Assembly (NCBI GenBank): GCA_038861545.1
Contig: JAWCCZ010000001.1
Span: forward strand, 480,001 to 544,000
Length of the DNA stretch: 64,000 nucleotides
Direction: 5' to 3'
Source: Thermofilaceae archaeon
Lineage (GTDB): Archaea; Thermoproteota; Thermoprotei; Thermofilales; Thermofilaceae
A program made the translations under genes and the position numbers. The notes beneath the pieces are model-generated. The model was given only the letters and a program-made list of their open reading frames with translations. It was not told the origin of the DNA and searched no databases. Shown here in pieces: positions 60,359 to 64,000 of the stretch. Within the stretch, counting starts at the first letter, position 1. The number at the start of each line of letters is the position of its first letter.

Positions 60359-61360
60359 TTATTTTTCCATCTTCTCGTCACGGTAAGATGGCCTCTCTGA
60401 AAGTAAGATCAGAGCCGGAGTAGCTAGAGTTTCTCCAAATTCTTTGAGGAGCTGCCTCATTATATCGCTTCTAAATATCTGAGGGAAGATTGGCCTATCT
60501 GGCTTAACTCTAAGCTCGTAAGTTACGGAGTAAGGAGATAATTCTTTAATTAAAAGACGGTAATCACTAATCCCAATGCTTTCATGGTGCTCGCTGTAGG
60601 TTTGTAGTGCTCTGATGATGCCAGCTTTAACATCCTCGTAAGGGAAGCTGTAAGGTAGGGTGAAACACAGGTCCACGTAGCTGCGGGTTCTACGACTGAA
60701 GGTTTTTCTGTAGATTTCTAATAGAAATCTGAGGTTAGGCACATATATTTCCTCATTAAGATTGTTCAGCAGCACTGTGTGCGAGTAGCCTATTCTAACG
60801 ACTTTCAATACCTCGCTGCCGAAGCTTATGTAATCACCTGCCTCGATTAAATCGCCAAACTTTAACACCATCCATGCTAAGTAATTACCGAAGATTTCCT
60901 TAACCTGTAAGGCTACTATCATGGCAATTAAAACCGATGTAAACCCTGAAAGCGTAGATGCGACCCACTCCGCCACTCCGGCTACCGCGGATACTCTGAT
61001 CGAAACTAGCCTCAAGCTGGTTACAAGGAATACTAGGATCGCAATGGCACCGAAAGATACTCGAGCAAAAAATATCAGTTGTTTATACTTCGGTTTTTCG
61101 CTCAGGAGTGTAGAGATTACACCACCTATATCATATGCCAGCCTAGCCAGAAAGTAGGATAAAATAAGCGAGGTGAGCCCGAATAGAGTTATGTAGATGC
61201 TTAAAGCTTGTTCGGGGGGCAGAACAAATTCGATGTAATACGTTATGAAATGCTCTGAGACATGTATCGCGAACAACAACACTGTTGTCAAAATTACTCG
61301 TAGCAAAGACCGCCTAAGCATCTGTAATACGTTTAAACTATTCCGGTAAATGTCTGGCAA
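60359..61360 (-). CDS. MscS family mechanosensitive channel
   Basis: N-terminal TMs, ALQVKEIFGNY, GDYI, IYVPN. Confidence 0.8.
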   Translation of the reverse strand: MPDIYRNSLNVLQMLRRSLLRVILTTVLLFAIHVSEHFITYYIEFVLPPEQALSIYITLFGLTSLILSYFLARLAYDIGGVISTLLSEKPKYKQLIFFARVSFGAIAILVFLVTSLRLVSIRVSAVAGVAEWVASTLSGFTSVLIAMIVALQVKEIFGNYLAWMVLKFGDLIEAGDYISFGSEVLKVVRIGYSHTVLLNNLNEEIYVPNLRFLLEIYRKTFSRRTRSYVDLCFTLPYSFPYEDVKAGIIRALQTYSEHHESIGISDYRLLIKELSPYSVTYELRVKPDRPIFPQIFRSDIMRQLLKEFGETLATPALILLSERPSYRDEKMEK

Positions 61361-61574
61361 GGCACCCCAGTAAGACTTTTTGCAGACTGATAAGAGGATT
61401 GCGTTTATATCTTACTTTTAGGTAGCCAAGTACATACTTGTTGACTAGAAAGGTAAAACAGTTAAGTATCTCTTAACTCCCATTTTTATTCCGGGAAAGT
61501 CTTCAGACAATATATACATTAGAGCTGGAGTTAGGGTTATAAGGGAGAAAACGAAAGTTATAGGGGTATACGTT

Positions 61575-62063
61575 ATGAGTGTTATCGATGTTAGATCGGA
61601 TTTTAACAGGCAACTGAACCAAGAGCTCCGAAATGCGTACTTTTACTTTTCGATGTCGGCTTTCTTCGATAACTTATCGTTAACCGGTTTTGCCCACTTT
61701 TTTAGAGTTCAAGCGAAAGAGGAGCTTGGACATGCTATGAAGTTTTACGAGTTCATTGTAGATAGGGGGTGGAGGGTCGAGCTTCAAGAAATCCATAAGC
61801 CTAAGGCTGAATGGGGTAGCATTTTAGAAGCTGTTCAAGATTTTCTAAAAGCTGAGGAGGAGAATACAAAGCGTATATGGCAGATGGTTGACTTAACACG
61901 TCAAGCCGGCGATAAGGCAGCCGAGAGCTTTCTACAATGGTTTGTAAACGAGCAAGTGGAGGAGGAAAAAACTGCGAGCGAGCTTTTAGCACACTTAAAG
62001 CTGGTGAAAGATCAACCCGCTGGGCTGCTTGCGTTAGACAGGGAGTTATCCGAGAGAAAGTAA
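61575..62063 (+). CDS. ftn: Ferritin
   Basis: QLNQEL, EELGHAMK, FLQWFVNEQVEEE ferroxidase motifs. Confidence 0.93.
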   Translation: MSVIDVRSDFNRQLNQELRNAYFYFSMSAFFDNLSLTGFAHFFRVQAKEELGHAMKFYEFIVDRGWRVELQEIHKPKAEWGSILEAVQDFLKAEEENTKRIWQMVDLTRQAGDKAAESFLQWFVNEQVEEEKTASELLAHLKLVKDQPAGLLALDRELSERK

Positions 62064-62166
62064 CGCTACGACTTTAGTGTAAACTTTCAAAATTTAAAAG
62101 TTTGTTAATAGGGATTAGAAGTTTTAAATTATAGCGGAGAAGTTATTTACACTTATTTTTCTGATT

Positions 62167-62481
62167 TTATTCGAATATTGAAATAACCTTATCCATAAAG
62201 CGCTTTCCCTCACCTGCTGTTTTCAAAATATATTCTACAATAACGTCATCGCTCTGTTCAGTAATGTTCAAAATCATTGCTTTAACTCCTCTGCTCTCCA
62301 GTAGTTGTGAAAAGTCATCGAAGTAATCATAGAAGCCGCAACTTAAGCAGAAGCTATCACGAAACTCCGCTATGAGCTTGTTTTCACGTCAACCAACAAT
62401 TTTGACCGTAGCTTCGACCCCGTGGAACCGGTTAAATTCTTCAATCGCATACTCTATAAGCTGTTTGACTTGGTTATTCAT
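62167..62481 (-). pseudogene. Small CxxC (NifU-like fold) protein gene with in-frame TGA at codon 31
   Basis: MNNQVKQLIEYAIEEFNRFHGVEATVKIVG*RENKLIAEFRDSFCLSCGFYDYFDDF...IFE*; a single TGA at 62389-62391 in an otherwise open 105-codon frame. Confidence 0.7.
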
Positions 62482-62571
62482 CTAAGGAGTGTTAGTTAAT
62501 CGGCTTATAAACTTCAGCTTTCTTAGCGTACCTAATGTTACTTTTAAAAGGAGTGGCTTGCCGAACTAGCG

Positions 62572-63000
62572 ATGAAATTTATTTCAGAGTCCAGAGCCAA
62601 GTCTCCATGGATCTTTCACGTGAACGCAGCTTCATGCAACGGCTGTCTTATTGAGCTCTTAGCAACATTGTCCCCACGTTACGACGCAGAGAGGCTCGGC
62701 TGTGTTCTAGTAGGTTCACCGCGCCACGCTGATATACTGGTAGCGATGGGGCCAGTTACAAGCAAGACGCTACCAGTTCTGATGAGAGCTTATAGGCAGA
62801 TACCGGAACCCAAGGTAACGGTAGCTTTGGGGTCGTGCGCCGTCTCGGGCGGTGTTTTCATGGGTAGTCATGTTTTCGAAGGACCTGTGGAAAAGGTTAT
62901 TCCTGTAGACATCTATATTGGAGGTTGCCCACCTAAACCTGAAGCAATCATGAAAGGGTTAATGAAAGCGGCTAAAAAACTTGAAGGGGTGTACAGGTAG
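62572..63000 (+). CDS. Group 4 [NiFe] hydrogenase small subunit (MbhJ/EchC/NuoB-like)
   Basis: SPW, SCNGC.IE, SPRHAD, GSCAVSGG, GCPPKPE. Confidence 0.92.
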   Translation: MKFISESRAKSPWIFHVNAASCNGCLIELLATLSPRYDAERLGCVLVGSPRHADILVAMGPVTSKTLPVLMRAYRQIPEPKVTVALGSCAVSGGVFMGSHVFEGPVEKVIPVDIYIGGCPPKPEAIMKGLMKAAKKLEGVYR

Positions 63001-64000
63001 TGGAAGTTGAACGAAGGTTAACGCGCTTACCTTTTGGTCCTGTTCACCCTGCTACAAAGGAGCCAGCGTTGCTTATGCTTACGGTTGACGGTGAACGAGT
63101 AGTCGACGTAGAGCTCAGGCTGGGGTACGTGTACAGAGGTATAGAGGCTCTAGCACAGGCTAGGAACATTATTCAAGTGCTCCACCTGGTTGAAAGGGTT
63201 TGCGGCATCTGCTCCCACGCTCACCCGCTCTGTTATGTGCAAGCAGTGGAAAGCATAGCTGGTATTGAGCCTTGCGAAAGATCGTTATACATACGCACCG
63301 TGGTTGCAGAACTGGAGAGGATTCAGAGTCATCTCCTATGGATAGGTGTTTTAGGGTACCAGCTGGGGTTTATTGCCCTCTTCATGTACGCTTGGCGCAT
63401 TAGGGAAAGCGTTCTAGATGTTTTAGAGGAGATGACTGGTAATAGAATCATGAAGGAGGTTAACGCTATAGGCGGGGTTCGCAGTGATCTCAGCGATCAG
63501 GTGAAAGCTAAAATAGAGATGTTGATTAACGATGTAAGAAAATCAGCCACGTTTTTATTCGATGTAATTCATGATAAAACTGTTGAGTCACGATTAGCGG
63601 GCGTCGGGGGTCTTAGCCGCAATGACTCGATAAGTACGGGGGCTGTGGGACCAACTGCACGGGCTTCGGGCGTGGATTTCGATGTTAGAAGAGATTACCC
63701 GTATGCTGCGTATGAGGAACTTAAAGGCTCGTTTTCTGTTGCAGTGCTCTCCGGTGGAGATGCACTTTCTAGAACAGAGGTACGGGTTGCCGAGCTGATA
63801 GAATCGGCGAATCTCCTAGAGGCAGCCTTAGACACCTTTCCGTCAGGTCGAATAAGTCCCCCGCCTCCGCCGCATAAGGTCTTAAGAGAGGTTCCGGAGG
63901 GCGAAGCCGTGGCGAAAGTTGAGGCGCCTAGGGGAGAGTTATTCTACTATGTTAGAACTGATGGAAAGGGGTTCCTAAAGCGGCTGAGGATTAGAACCCC
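63000..64000 (+). CDS. Group 4 [NiFe] hydrogenase large subunit (MbhL/EchE-like), runs off window end
   Basis: Not in ORF track. GTG at 63000: MEVERRLTRLPFGPVHPATKEP...GYVYRGIE...ERVCGICSHAH (L1 Ni motif), ELERIQSH, EAPRGE. Confidence 0.92.
   Translation, partial: MEVERRLTRLPFGPVHPATKEPALLMLTVDGERVVDVELRLGYVYRGIEALAQARNIIQVLHLVERVCGICSHAHPLCYVQAVESIAGIEPCERSLYIRTVVAELERIQSHLLWIGVLGYQLGFIALFMYAWRIRESVLDVLEEMTGNRIMKEVNAIGGVRSDLSDQVKAKIEMLINDVRKSATFLFDVIHDKTVESRLAGVGGLSRNDSISTGAVGPTARASGVDFDVRRDYPYAAYEELKGSFSVAVLSGGDALSRTEVRVAELIESANLLEAALDTFPSGRISPPPPPHKVLREVPEGEAVAKVEAPRGELFYYVRTDGKGFLKRLRIRT

Noticed and set aside
62389-62391. Selenocysteine codon
   Set aside because: The TGA is not at a Cys-motif position and no SECIS or Sec genes were recognised.

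Overview
This is a gene-dense archaeal chromosomal segment, most consistent with a thermophilic Thermoproteota member such as Thermofilaceae. That assignment is inferred from gene content, TATA-proximal apparently leaderless starts and an intron-containing tRNA. The window carries a near-complete archaeal type IV pilus locus (5.4-17.2 kb) whose ATPase has an unusual C-terminal winged helix. It also has glnA, an XPD helicase, a glpK-glpA-NADH oxidase-DUF1667 glycerol operon, several glycoside hydrolases (GH2, GH4, two GH38) and an ABC exporter cassette. Further on are tRNA-Ile2(CAU) with a 22-nt intron, a UbiA plus PIG-A-like glycosyltransferase pair, ferritin and the start of a group 4 [NiFe] hydrogenase operon. 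The standout is a ~7 kb island at 29.1-36.3 kb encoding a candidate signalling system: a Rab-like small GTPase, an MglA-like GTPase, three Roadblock-type proteins (one membrane anchored), two parallel Zn-finger plus methyltransferase modules, a small helical output-type protein and a tandem Lrp/AsnC-like regulator. The island is headed by a 51-aa hydrophobic, proline-rich micropeptide missing from the ORF track, with a perfect 18-bp inverted repeat abutting its TATA box. Several decayed genes not in the ORF track were read directly from the sequence. All family assignments come from motif recognition by eye; no database search was run.
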